Positions 39,377 through 48,272 of a stretch of 64,000 nt of DNA are shown piece by piece (positions within the stretch are counted from its first letter, which is position 1; each line of letters opens with the position of its first letter). The position numbers and the translations under genes were made by a program. The stretch lies in the sequence record MN018232.1, one strand, 5' to 3'. The notes under the pieces were generated by a model that was not told the DNA's origin, did not search any database, and saw only the letters and a program-made list of their open reading frames with translations.

Positions 39377-40010
39377 CACTGCTGATACAGACACAATTGA
39401 GAAGTATTTCGAGACTGGACTGATTGATGGAGTCACAACTAACCCCACACTGATCATGAAGAATGGTCAGGATCCTGATGAGGTTTACCAGAAACTGAAA
39501 GATCTTGGTGTCAAAGACATCAGTATGGAGGTCATGGGAGACGCACAGGAGATGCTCAGAGAGGGTGAAAGACTGTCTGAGAAGTTTGGGTCAGTGGCAA
39601 CAATCAAAGTACCTTGTACCCGTGATGGTCTTCTTGCTTGTAAGGAACTATCTAAGAATGGAATTCGTGTCAATGTCACATTGATCTTCTGTGCATCTCA
39701 GGCTGTTCTTGCTGCCAAGGCTGGTGCTGCTTATGTTTCACCTTTCGTTGGTCGATTGGATGATCAATCAGTAGCAGGTCTGGAAGTCGTTAGATCAATC
39801 AGTGAACTGTATCGTATCCATGGTATACGTACACAGGTGTTGTCTGCTTCTATTCGTAGTGTACAACGAGCTGTTAGGTCATGGTATAATGGTGCTGAAG
39901 TGGTAACGATGCCACCTAAGGTCTTCGACCAGATGTACGATCATGTACTGACTGATAAGGGACTGGAGATATTTGATAACGATTGGAAGAAATTTAAAGA
40001 GGGTGTATGA
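39360..40010 (+). CDS. talC: Transaldolase family protein
   Basis: IFLDTAD, GVTTNPTL, ATIKVP, NVTLIF, YVSPFVGR, SASIR. Confidence 0.95.
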   Translation: MRIFLDTADTDTIEKYFETGLIDGVTTNPTLIMKNGQDPDEVYQKLKDLGVKDISMEVMGDAQEMLREGERLSEKFGSVATIKVPCTRDGLLACKELSKNGIRVNVTLIFCASQAVLAAKAGAAYVSPFVGRLDDQSVAGLEVVRSISELYRIHGIRTQVLSASIRSVQRAVRSWYNGAEVVTMPPKVFDQMYDHVLTDKGLEIFDNDWKKFKEGV

Positions 40011-40855
40011 GAGTATTAAACCTTGGTTCGAGTGGTCAGATCGGTGCATACCTGACTGACTACTTGACACGTAAGGGTCATGAAGTTATTGAGTTTGATA
40101 TTGCCAAACATCATGGCCATGACCTGACACAAATTCCAAATCATAATCTCGAACGTGAGGTTCAGAAAGCAGACTTTGTTTTCTTTCTCGCGTTTGATGT
40201 TGGTGGGTCAAGATACCTGAAGAAGTATCAACATACATTCAAATTCCTTGACAATAATGCAAGGATGATGGTCAATGTATTTGGTCTTCTTGAGAAGTAT
40301 AATAAGAGATTCGTGTTCGCTTCGTCACAGATGAGTAACATGTCTTACTCACCTTACGGTGCAGCAAAGAAACTTGGTGAGTTGTATACCAAGTCACTCA
40401 ATGGTCTGATTGTGAAGTTCTGGAATGTCTATGGTATCGAGAAAGACCATGACAAGTCACACGTCATTACAGACTTTATCCGTAAGGGATTTGAATATGG
40501 TGACTTTGATATGATGACTGATGGCACAGAAGAGCGTCAGTTCCTGTATGCTGAAGACTGTTGTGAAGCACTTGAAACGGTGATGGATAACTACACTGAC
40601 TTCAAACCAGAAGATCCTCTTCACATCACATCATTCAACTCTTCCAGTATTAAGGAAGTTGCACAGATCATCATGGGTCAATTTAATCTGATTGGTAGAC
40701 CCATCAAGATTCATCCTGGTCTTGCCAAGGATAGTGTTCAACTTGACAAGAGAAACGAAGCCAATAATTATATTATGGGTTGGTGGTTGCCAAAGACCAA
40801 CCTTCAAGATGGTATTGCAAAAGTGTTCAACGATATGAAAAATGATTGGATTTGA
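40007..40855 (+). CDS. NAD-dependent epimerase/dehydratase
   Basis: LGSSGQIG, FASS, YGAAK, RQFLYAED. Confidence 0.88.
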   Translation: MRVLNLGSSGQIGAYLTDYLTRKGHEVIEFDIAKHHGHDLTQIPNHNLEREVQKADFVFFLAFDVGGSRYLKKYQHTFKFLDNNARMMVNVFGLLEKYNKRFVFASSQMSNMSYSPYGAAKKLGELYTKSLNGLIVKFWNVYGIEKDHDKSHVITDFIRKGFEYGDFDMMTDGTEERQFLYAEDCCEALETVMDNYTDFKPEDPLHITSFNSSSIKEVAQIIMGQFNLIGRPIKIHPGLAKDSVQLDKRNEANNYIMGWWLPKTNLQDGIAKVFNDMKNDWI

Positions 40856-41636
40856 TTATCTTGGTAAGGCTGGACAACTAGGAAACCAGATGTTCCAGTA
40901 TGCTGCGACAAAAGGTATCGCCGCAAATCGTGGATACGATATGTGTATCCCTGACCATGATGAAGTCTTTCATGATGGAATTGGTAACTTCCTCAAGATC
41001 GAACTGGACAACCCCTTTACGATCCACTGTCAACGTGGTATGATAGGTGGGTCGGTCGTTCAGGAGAACGGGTTCCATTTCAACGAAGATCTATTTGAAA
41101 CCTGTCCAGACAATGTAAGTCTGTTCGGTTTCTTTCAGACGGAGAAATACTTCAAACATATTGAAGATACTATCCGTCAGGATTTTAAGTTCAACTCTAC
41201 GATTCAAGGAGAGTCTGAACCTATCGTTGATGAGGTGTTCGATCAAAGTCCCATTGCTTTACATATTCGTAGGGGAGACTTTCTGATCAACAGTGGTAAT
41301 CACCACAACCTTTCTCTTGAATGGTACGAGAAAGCCTTGAGTAAGTTTGACCCAGACAGGGAAGTAATTCTATTCACTGATGACCCATTCTGGGCTGCTT
41401 CTCAAGAACTATTCAAACCAGATAGATTCCTTCTGTCTGAGGGTAACAGTTCCTATCATGATCTGTACCTGATGACTCAGTGTAGTGACTTTATCATTGC
41501 CAACTCTACATTCTCATGGTGGGGTGCATGGTTGGCAAACTGTGGTAGAGTCATTGCTCCTTCCAAATGGTTTGGACCAAACAATGCTCACTTAGACACT
41601 AAAGATTTGTACCCTGACCATTGGGAAATACTGTAA
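40842..41636 (+). CDS. Glycosyltransferase family 11
   Basis: GQLGNQMFQYA, GFFQTEKYF, HIRRGDF, ANSTFSWW. Confidence 0.9.
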   Translation: MIGFDYLGKAGQLGNQMFQYAATKGIAANRGYDMCIPDHDEVFHDGIGNFLKIELDNPFTIHCQRGMIGGSVVQENGFHFNEDLFETCPDNVSLFGFFQTEKYFKHIEDTIRQDFKFNSTIQGESEPIVDEVFDQSPIALHIRRGDFLINSGNHHNLSLEWYEKALSKFDPDREVILFTDDPFWAASQELFKPDRFLLSEGNSSYHDLYLMTQCSDFIIANSTFSWWGAWLANCGRVIAPSKWFGPNNAHLDTKDLYPDHWEIL

Positions 41637-42040
41637 TGGATAGAAACAAAGCCGTATTCAAACTTCAAGGTCTTCCAAAGATCTATTGTATCAATCTCGA
41701 TGGACAACCCGAGAGATGGAAGTACATGGAGGACCAGTTCAAGTACTGGGAGATCACTAACTATACCCGTGTGTCCGCTTACGACGGTCGAGAAGACGAT
41801 CTGGGACACATTCTGAAGGGTAGGTACCCTGACATGTGTTCACCAGGTGAGATCGGTTGTGTGACCTCTCACCTCAAGGCTATCAAAGAGTTCTATGATA
41901 GTGGTGAACCATACGCAATCATGATGGAAGATGATTGTGAACTTGATCTGGTCAGGTTCTGGAACTTTACATGGAGGGATTTCTTTAGTAAGATTCCATA
42001 TGATTGGGATGTAACTCAGATCTCAATCATCTGTACTGGT
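41636..42040 (+). pseudogene. Glycosyltransferase family 25, 3'-truncated at junction 3
   Basis: YCINL...R, GCVTSH, MEDD; stops after ~135 aa. Confidence 0.78.
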
Positions 42041-42045
42041 TTGTT
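42036..42045. other. Junction 3 (segments C/D)
   Basis: Tail-to-tail collision of truncated GT25 (...ICTG|) and truncated gp43 (...LQNK|) at 42040/42041. Confidence 0.75.
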
Positions 42046-44298
42046 CTGAAGACCATACTCTTTAATGTAGTGATTATATAGAAGAGCACCACGTACATGA
42101 ATAGGAGAACCCTTTGCATAGATCGTAGAGTGACTCTTATGTTTCTTCACGTCAGATACTGATCGAGGGAATGCAATATCTTCAGGAGGTAAGTTGTTGA
42201 ACTTCTTTCTCGCGTCATCGATGAACTTGATCACATCATCTTCCGTACCATTCATCATCAACTTCAGTGCATCCTTAATCATTTTTCGACAAGGAGCAGG
42301 AGTCGATGACTTTACAGCCTCAATACCCATGATCTTGAGTTTAGGTTCTGAATAACGAACACCTTCACTATCCCAGACATTGAGAATGTATCTCTTCTTT
42401 GCTGTCCAGATTCCACGGTCTGCAATGTTCTCCCGTTTCATCTGCATCTTCTGAGAATATGCGTTCACATACGTCGCCAACTCTTGATACGATGACTCGA
42501 TAAAAGGTTCCAGTTTCTCCTCACAGACCTTGTTAAGTAACGATACAACTGTTGCTTTTTCGCCAGATTTAGAACTAAGAAATTTAGAAACAACAGGTCC
42601 AAAATTAATATAGATTGAGTCAGTGTCAGATGCGATGACATAATCCGTATCTGTAGTTTGTAACAGGTTATTTAGATACCCATTTACCTTATTCTCAATC
42701 CAACGAATAGATGTTTGTCCTGAAAGTGTAATGGCTTCTGCGTTTGCAAGTTTGAAGAAACGGAAGTATTGGTTACCAATTGCACCATAGCAAGAGTTCA
42801 GTGCGATCTTACGAGCCATCTGGAAGTTGTTATACTTGGCAATGTCTTTCTCTAGTTGTTTGGTAGGAGTCTTCTCATACTCCTGTTTCGCCTGGAGCAT
42901 CTTCTTCTTGAAGATCTTACGTTCTGCGTACATCTTCTCCATCAGTTCAGGCATGAACCCTTTGATGTCCTTACGGAACATTGCACCGTTGGCACAGACC
43001 GCATAGTCCTTGTACATCTCAAAGGTGATCTCCTTGTTCAGGATCCGATCGATGGTTGCAGAGGGGTGTTTCTCATCTACCAGGGTCTCAGGAGAGATGT
43101 TGTACTGCATCATCAAGTGAGGGTACAGGGAGTTCAAGTCAAACGACACCACCCAGTCATAGACACCAGGGACTGGTTGTTTCACGTAGGCACCCTCATA
43201 CCTCTCAGACTTCTCCGAACGGTCACGGGGAGGAATTACAATGTTTCTCTTCTTGAGATAGTTGTAGATGATCGTATCCCACATACGAACCTGATACATC
43301 ACATCGACAAAGTTCACCTTGGCGTCATATGCCATGGTCAATGCCAACTCAATCAGTTTCATCTTGTCTTCCATACGGTCAACAAGTTCCACGTCAATGA
43401 TGTTGTAGTCTACAAACTTCTTCCAGTTACCTGTGTAGAAATCTTTGAAGGTATCAAACTCACTGTGATCAAGTTTCTTCTGACCAAGTTCAACTTGAGC
43501 GATATAATCCAGTCGATAACTCTCTTGGTTTGTGTAAGTAAACTTTTTATACAGTTCCAGATAATCAAGTGTAGTGACACCAGCAATGTCGAAAGTATTG
43601 AATTCGCGACCCATGATCGTAATCTTTTCTTCACTGATGATACCCCACGGAGAAAGAAGTTTCATCTTCTTAGTTCCCATAATCCGATCAATACGACCAC
43701 AGAGATACGGAATATCATACAGACGACAGTTCCAACCAGTCACAACCTCAGGTGGATTTGAACTCCACCAATATAAGAATGAGTTGAGCATTGCAACTTC
43801 ATCCTCAAAGTGATAGTAAGTCACATTGTCCTGTGTAGGAGTATATGGCTTTCTACCCCAAGTCTTAATCTGCTTGGTTGCGTAGTCCTGAATGGAGATG
43901 GTCAACAACTCCTCAGAACAAGAATCAGGATCAGGGAATCCCTCCTCAGATTTAACCTCGATGTCGATCGTTACAAGATTGATTTTCTTAATATCAAACT
44001 TGATCTCATCTTCAGGATATTTGTCAGAAATGTATTGGAAGACATAACGGTCATTACCGTAGATCTTGAATCCATCTACATCTTCATATTTCTTGTAAAA
44101 TTCTCTACAATCTCTTACCGTACCTGGTTGAATAGCTTCTACATTTTCACCCTCAAGAGTTTGATACTCAGTCTCTCGATTTGATTTTACAAACAGAGTG
44201 GGAGAATACTCTTCTTTGAAGATGACACTCTGTCCATTTTCATATCCACGAACCAGGAAGTTGTTACCAACGACCTGGATATTCGTATAAAATCTCAT
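42040..44298 (-). CDS. gp43: DNA polymerase family B (T4 gp43-like), C-terminus missing
   Basis: DIE exonuclease, DLNSLYP, KIALNSCYG, SDTDS, KKRY; natural sequence ends at ~aa 753. Confidence 0.95.
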
Positions 44299-44549
44299 TT
44301 AACCAGGTCTTCGTACTTCTCGATCAGTTTACTATTGGGTTCTACGATAGTCAAGATCTTATCAGAATGGATCATGAACGTATTTTGTCTCGTAAGGTCA
44401 ACCAGCCATGGAGACAATGTACCATCCTCATTCAACTCAAATGGTTCAATCAATTTACAATCAGGTTCTCCTAGATCAGTGGCTACCTCCTCAATCTGAG
44501 TCAGAATAACTTTGTCAGTTGTTAGAATCAGAATTTTTAGGTTGTTCAT
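44295..44549 (-). CDS. Hypothetical protein (84 aa)
   Basis: ATGA-coupled to gp43; similar to the upstream ORF. Confidence 0.8.
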   Translation of the reverse strand: MNNLKILILTTDKVILTQIEEVATDLGEPDCKLIEPFELNEDGTLSPWLVDLTRQNTFMIHSDKILTIVEPNSKLIEKYEDLVK

Positions 44550-44844
44550 ATTTCTCTACTCCGTCAGCATACATTTTAGAAAGTTGTTCAATAGGTTCAG
44601 TGATAGTCACAACCCAGTCAGATACCACAGGGATCATCTTTTCTTTACTCAGTGGCATCCATGGAAGAAGTTGAATCTTTGAAGGAACCCTAGAAGATCC
44701 CTCAGTCTCTGTCAGATCACTTACAAGATTGACACGGCAAGGATATTTAAGGTAGTAACCAACAACCTTCTCCTCAACAACCATTTCCTGTACTTCTGCA
44801 ACCACGTCTTCACCAGACTTCAGAAGTAAAAGTTTTACACTCAT
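44515..44844 (-). CDS. Hypothetical protein, Sm-like small beta fold suspected (109 aa)
   Basis: LLKSGEDVVA...LLPWMPLS motif. Confidence 0.8.
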   Translation of the reverse strand: MSVKLLLLKSGEDVVAEVQEMVVEEKVVGYYLKYPCRVNLVSDLTETEGSSRVPSKIQLLPWMPLSKEKMIPVVSDWVVTITEPIEQLSKMYADGVEKYEQPKNSDSNN

Positions 44845-44868
44845 GTTTCTACAATTTTTCCTAGACTA

Positions 44869-44914
44869 ATTATACCAACAAAAAAGGGAGGTGTCAAACT
44901 GGATTGTGCCAGTT
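44869..44914 (-). promoter_or_regulatory. Consensus sigma70 promoter for the gp43 operon with AACTGGCAC box
   Basis: TTGACA (44897-92)-N17-TATAAT (44874-69); box at 44914-06. Confidence 0.85.
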
Positions 44915-44921
44915 ACCTCCC
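44880..44921 (-). terminator. Intrinsic terminator overlapping the promoter
   Basis: GGGAGG/CCTCCC outer and AACTGG/CCAGTT inner stems, then 6 T. Confidence 0.75.
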
Positions 44922-44946
44922 CGTCTGCGGCGACGATATTCAGTTT

Positions 44947-44954
44947 TATTTATT
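44947..44954 (-). promoter_or_regulatory. T4-type late promoter
   Basis: AATAAATA overlapping the micropeptide stop. Confidence 0.6.
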
Positions 44955-45028
44955 CAGTTTTTGGGAGTGAGCGAAAATGCCCCACCCATAACTACTCCGA
45001 AGATTGCGATTGTTGCTAAGATTTCCAT
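44954..45028 (-). CDS. 24-aa hydrophobic micropeptide
   Basis: MEILATIAIFGVVMGGAFSLTPKN; no clear SD. Confidence 0.55.
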   Translation of the reverse strand: MEILATIAIFGVVMGGAFSLTPKN

Positions 45029-45041
45029 AGGTCAGGATGTA

Positions 45042-45125
45042 TTATGGTAGTACAGGTGAGAGAACTGCCCAACTAAAAAGAGAAGATACAGTTCCTAACA
45101 AAAGAGTGGCGGTAGTGAAATTCAT
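45042..45125 (-). CDS. 27-aa hydrophobic micropeptide
   Basis: MNFTTATLLLGTVSSLFSWAVLSPVLP; GGAGG RBS and TATAAT (45153-48) upstream. Confidence 0.65.
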   Translation of the reverse strand: MNFTTATLLLGTVSSLFSWAVLSPVLP

Positions 45126-45163
45126 AATCCGTCCTCCAAGTTACATAATTATATAGAAAAAAG

Positions 45164-45199
45164 TGTATCATAGTGATACAATTTTGTATCAACGACTAC
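45164..45199. promoter_or_regulatory. Array of TGTATCA half-sites including an NtcA-like GTA-N8-TAC box
   Basis: TGTATCA-tag-TGATACA-attt-TGTATCA; GTA TCAACGAC TAC at 45186-99. Confidence 0.45.
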
Positions 45200-45224
45200 G
45201 TATTAATACTTATCCTGTTTTGAT

Positions 45225-45650
45225 TTAAAGATAATCTTTTCTTTGGTGGTGTTCTGGAATTACTTTGGTAAGTGTAATTGACAGAAGTCCGTCTTCAAAT
45301 ACGACGTTGGAGACCTCAGTGTCGTCAGCGAGGGTCCAGGATCTCTCAAAGTTTCTTTGAGCCAATCCCTTGTGGATAAATGATCCCTCTTCATCAGGTG
45401 ATTCTTTCTCCCCCCTGACAAAAAGTTTTCCATACTCGGTGTAAGCATGTACCTGTTCCTTCTTAAATCCTGCTAGTGCAATTTCTAATCTAGTTTCTGT
45501 GCTATTTACCTGGATTACGTTATATGGAGGGTAATTGTGTACTGAAGTGTTAAAAACTCTTTCAAAATATTCATCCATTCCAATTGAGTTCTTTGCAATT
45601 CGATCCATCAGCTGATCCAAATTGGCAGCATTATACTTTGCTAGTGTCAT
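45225..45650 (-). CDS. hsp20: Small heat shock protein Hsp20
   Basis: YPPYNV, LEIALAGF, HKGLAQRNFER, FEDGLLSI. Confidence 0.93.
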   Translation of the reverse strand: MTLAKYNAANLDQLMDRIAKNSIGMDEYFERVFNTSVHNYPPYNVIQVNSTETRLEIALAGFKKEQVHAYTEYGKLFVRGEKESPDEEGSFIHKGLAQRNFERSWTLADDTEVSNVVFEDGLLSITLTKVIPEHHQRKDYL

Positions 45651-45704
45651 GTGACTTCTCCTTTTAAAGCGAGAGTGTGTTGTGTGGACCCTTACGGCGT
45701 CCAG
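45651..45704 (-). promoter_or_regulatory. ROSE-like RNA thermometer in hsp20 5' leader
   Basis: UCUC-G-CU/UUAAA/AGGAGA hairpin sequestering the SD with a bulged G; upstream hairpin TGGAC...GTCCA; TGTTATAAT at 45718-10. Confidence 0.6.
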
Positions 45705-45724
45705 TACTAATTATAACAGATACG

Positions 45725-45755
45725 AAAAAAAGGAGTGTAGTATAAACCACACTCC
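45725..45755 (-). terminator. Intrinsic terminator after regA
   Basis: GGAGTGT/ACACTCC stem followed by T-run. Confidence 0.75.
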
Positions 45756-45806
45756 CTTATGGGGGTTTCCGATTGTAGAGTGTGCCGCACGAAAGACACG
45801 TATTAT

Positions 45807-46244
45807 TTATTCTCCCTCTTCGGTCTTTCCTCTCTTACCAATGTTGTATTTCTGTTCCAGAGTCCAGTCTTGTTTATCTTTGTAAGACAGAACTTTGATC
45901 TGATTCAATGGTGCGATATCAATAATTGAATCTTCATTGAGGATAGTAATGAGTCCCCAATCAGAAAGAAGCTTAGTAATACGATTCCTACGCTGAACAT
46001 CATTAATAGTAAGGTTAGCGTATTTCCCATCTAGGGCAAACAGTTCCTTAAAGTGAACAATGTAATACTTACCTTGCTTATGAAGGATATGACAAGACTG
46101 ATACAGCTTCTTTTCTTTCCTAGAAGCAACACCAATACGAGTCAGAGTCTCTCTTACTTTGAGAAAGTCATCAGGTTCATTCAACCTGATCTCAACCATT
46201 TTTTCTTGAGACCAAGTTACCTGAGGTTCAGCAGTTTGGGTCAT
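45807..46244 (-). CDS. regA: Translational repressor RegA
   Basis: DDFLKVRETLTRIGVASRK, SCHILHKQGKYYIVHFKELF. Confidence 0.95.
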   Translation of the reverse strand: MTQTAEPQVTWSQEKMVEIRLNEPDDFLKVRETLTRIGVASRKEKKLYQSCHILHKQGKYYIVHFKELFALDGKYANLTINDVQRRNRITKLLSDWGLITILNEDSIIDIAPLNQIKVLSYKDKQDWTLEQKYNIGKRGKTEEGE

Positions 46245-46621
46245 TTCGTTCCACCAGTGTCAAGTCGTTGTTTGATAAATTCAATTTGTTCATTAGACAG
46301 AATTTTCAGTACTTGAGATGCTTTCTCATTATTATAACCATAATAACGTTTTACATACTCTAAATCTGATACCTTCTCTTTTCTAAGCCAAGGAGAGAAT
46401 CTTTTCTTCTTTCTCAGAATATTTATATAAAAATTATATTGCATGTCCTTATCTAAGAAATGATACCTATTCATTTCGTTAGCAAATAACACACAATCCA
46501 AGTGACCTGACAGACACTTATTAATAATAAAGGGAGGATATTCTCTTGCTAGAGTGGGGTCTTCATCGAGAATATTCTCCTTGTTAAAGTTGATTGAATT
46601 CAACCAATCTTTCAATTCCAT
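46241..46621 (-). CDS. gp62: Clamp loader small subunit
   Basis: YPPFIINKCLS...KKRFSPW...YYGYN. Confidence 0.92.
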   Translation of the reverse strand: MELKDWLNSINFNKENILDEDPTLAREYPPFIINKCLSGHLDCVLFANEMNRYHFLDKDMQYNFYINILRKKKRFSPWLRKEKVSDLEYVKRYYGYNNEKASQVLKILSNEQIEFIKQRLDTGGTK

Positions 46622-46622
46622 A

Positions 46623-46910
46623 TCAAAGGATCAACTTTTTACTAGGGGTTTTCAATGGAGAGAACATCTCCTCATATTGTTCTACCAGTTCGTCATTAAC
46701 GTTGGCAGTATAGACAATCCACTTCTTATTGATCTCCAGTTCCTTCTCTTCACGTTTTAGGAGAGGAGCATAAGGTGCAAAACCAAGACGACCATCACCT
46801 TGATTAAATGCAACAATAGGATTCATGATAACAAGACTATCCTCTTTATTCTCAAGGACATCTGCAACCACATCCTCACCAGAGGACATACGAAATACTT
46901 TGACGTTCAT
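46623..46910 (-). CDS. Hypothetical protein, Sm-like fold suspected (95 aa)
   Basis: RMSSGEDVVA...GFAPYAP; resembles 44515..44844. Confidence 0.8.
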   Translation of the reverse strand: MNVKVFRMSSGEDVVADVLENKEDSLVIMNPIVAFNQGDGRLGFAPYAPLLKREEKELEINKKWIVYTANVNDELVEQYEEMFSPLKTPSKKLIL

Positions 46911-46936
46911 AATTTTGTTCGATAATGATTATATTT

Positions 46937-47326
46937 TCAGCCACCGTCAACTTGACAGCCAACAAGGGCACCACCAACTACACCAGTTGGGATTGACCAG
47001 ATCCAGTTCTTCTTCGTGGCTAGAGTTCCACCAGCGGCACCACCAAGAATACCACCAATGATAGAACCTTCGACACACGAATTGTCATCTACATCACTCT
47101 GAGGAGTGTAAGGTTGTGTTCGAGCTTGGTTCTCACAAGGAACCTCAACTCTCTCATTAAACTTTTTTACGTACCCAGGACTATTACGTGTACCTGGAAC
47201 ATACTCTTCACGGTAAACATTCTTATAACATTTGGTTTGTTGTGACCCACCTGGTTGATAATAGTTCTCAGCCAAGACTGGGATTGGAACAAACAATAAG
47301 GCCATTACTGCGAATACTTTGTTCAT
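46937..47326 (-). CDS. Secreted glycine-zipper protein
   Basis: Signal peptide; GSIIGGILGGAAGG...GVVGGALVG. Confidence 0.8.
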   Translation of the reverse strand: MNKVFAVMALLFVPIPVLAENYYQPGGSQQTKCYKNVYREEYVPGTRNSPGYVKKFNERVEVPCENQARTQPYTPQSDVDDNSCVEGSIIGGILGGAAGGTLATKKNWIWSIPTGVVGGALVGCQVDGG

Positions 47327-48270
47327 TTGAAGTTACACTCCACCATGATTTCAGTTAGACAAGCCAACATATTTATTTCTTGATCCGCGACGAAAGAACT
47401 TTGATACTGATACTTAGCAATAATGAGAACAGCAGCAGCGATCCCACTACCATCCAACTTTGAATATATTGCGTCGTAAACACTACGAAGAAGAACGTGA
47501 GGGTCATTATCAAGATTATCCACGACCCACTTCCTGACCTTTGGAAAATCTTTGTCCTTAAGGCTTTTGAATAAATCATCGGTTTTTACGTTACTAAAGG
47601 CAGCAAGGATACCAGAGTCAATCTTACCACTGACAGAGTATCGTTGGAGTTCATTAAGAACTCGTCTCCAATCAGGGAAGTGTTTCTGGATTAATTCGAC
47701 AAGAACTTTCGGATCATATTCCACACTCTCTGTCTCAAGAATAGTCCTGAGACGCTGGAAGAACTTGGCTGCGAGTTCTTGTCGTTCTTTTCCTTTGATA
47801 GAGAAATCGACAACGGCGCACCTGGAGTGGAGCGGTTCAATAATTTTGTTCTTGTAGTTACAGGTGAAGATGAATCGACAGTTACCAATAAACTCCTCAG
47901 TAAATGCCCGTAGGCAGAGTTGTACATCTGGGGTCGTGTTATCTGCCTCATCAATGATGATGACTTTGTGTTTTGCAGTTGATGAAAGTGAGACGGTCGA
48001 AGCGAAATTCTTCGCATTGTTTCTGACCGTATCGAGAAAACGTCCCTCATCGGATCCGTTGATGACATAATAATCTACTCCAAGTTCATGACAAAGTGCT
48101 TTGGCCACCGTGGTTTTACCACAACCAGGAGGACCAGATAGAAGAAGGTTTGGAACCTCACCTTTCTCTACAAATTTTTGAAATGTATTCTTAATCCCAT
48201 CAGGAAGAATACAGTCCTCAATAGTCTGGGGTCGGTAAGATTCAACCCAGACAAATTCATTACGACTCAT
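47323..48270 (-). CDS. gp44: Clamp loader large subunit
   Basis: WVESYRP, GPPGCGKTT, IIDEAD, SRC. Confidence 0.96.
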   Translation of the reverse strand: MSRNEFVWVESYRPQTIEDCILPDGIKNTFQKFVEKGEVPNLLLSGPPGCGKTTVAKALCHELGVDYYVINGSDEGRFLDTVRNNAKNFASTVSLSSTAKHKVIIIDEADNTTPDVQLCLRAFTEEFIGNCRFIFTCNYKNKIIEPLHSRCAVVDFSIKGKERQELAAKFFQRLRTILETESVEYDPKVLVELIQKHFPDWRRVLNELQRYSVSGKIDSGILAAFSNVKTDDLFKSLKDKDFPKVRKWVVDNLDNDPHVLLRSVYDAIYSKLDGSGIAAAVLIIAKYQYQSSFVADQEINMLACLTEIMVECNFK

Positions 48271-48272
48271 AA

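Noticed and set aside
42856-43761. 301-aa plus-strand ORF antisense to gp43
   Set aside because: Shadow frame produced by codon bias of the sense gene; no RBS or domain motif
45164-45180. TGTATCATAGTGATACA palindrome as a canonical NtcA site
   Set aside because: Spacing is GTA-N9-TAC, not N8; kept only as part of the half-site array
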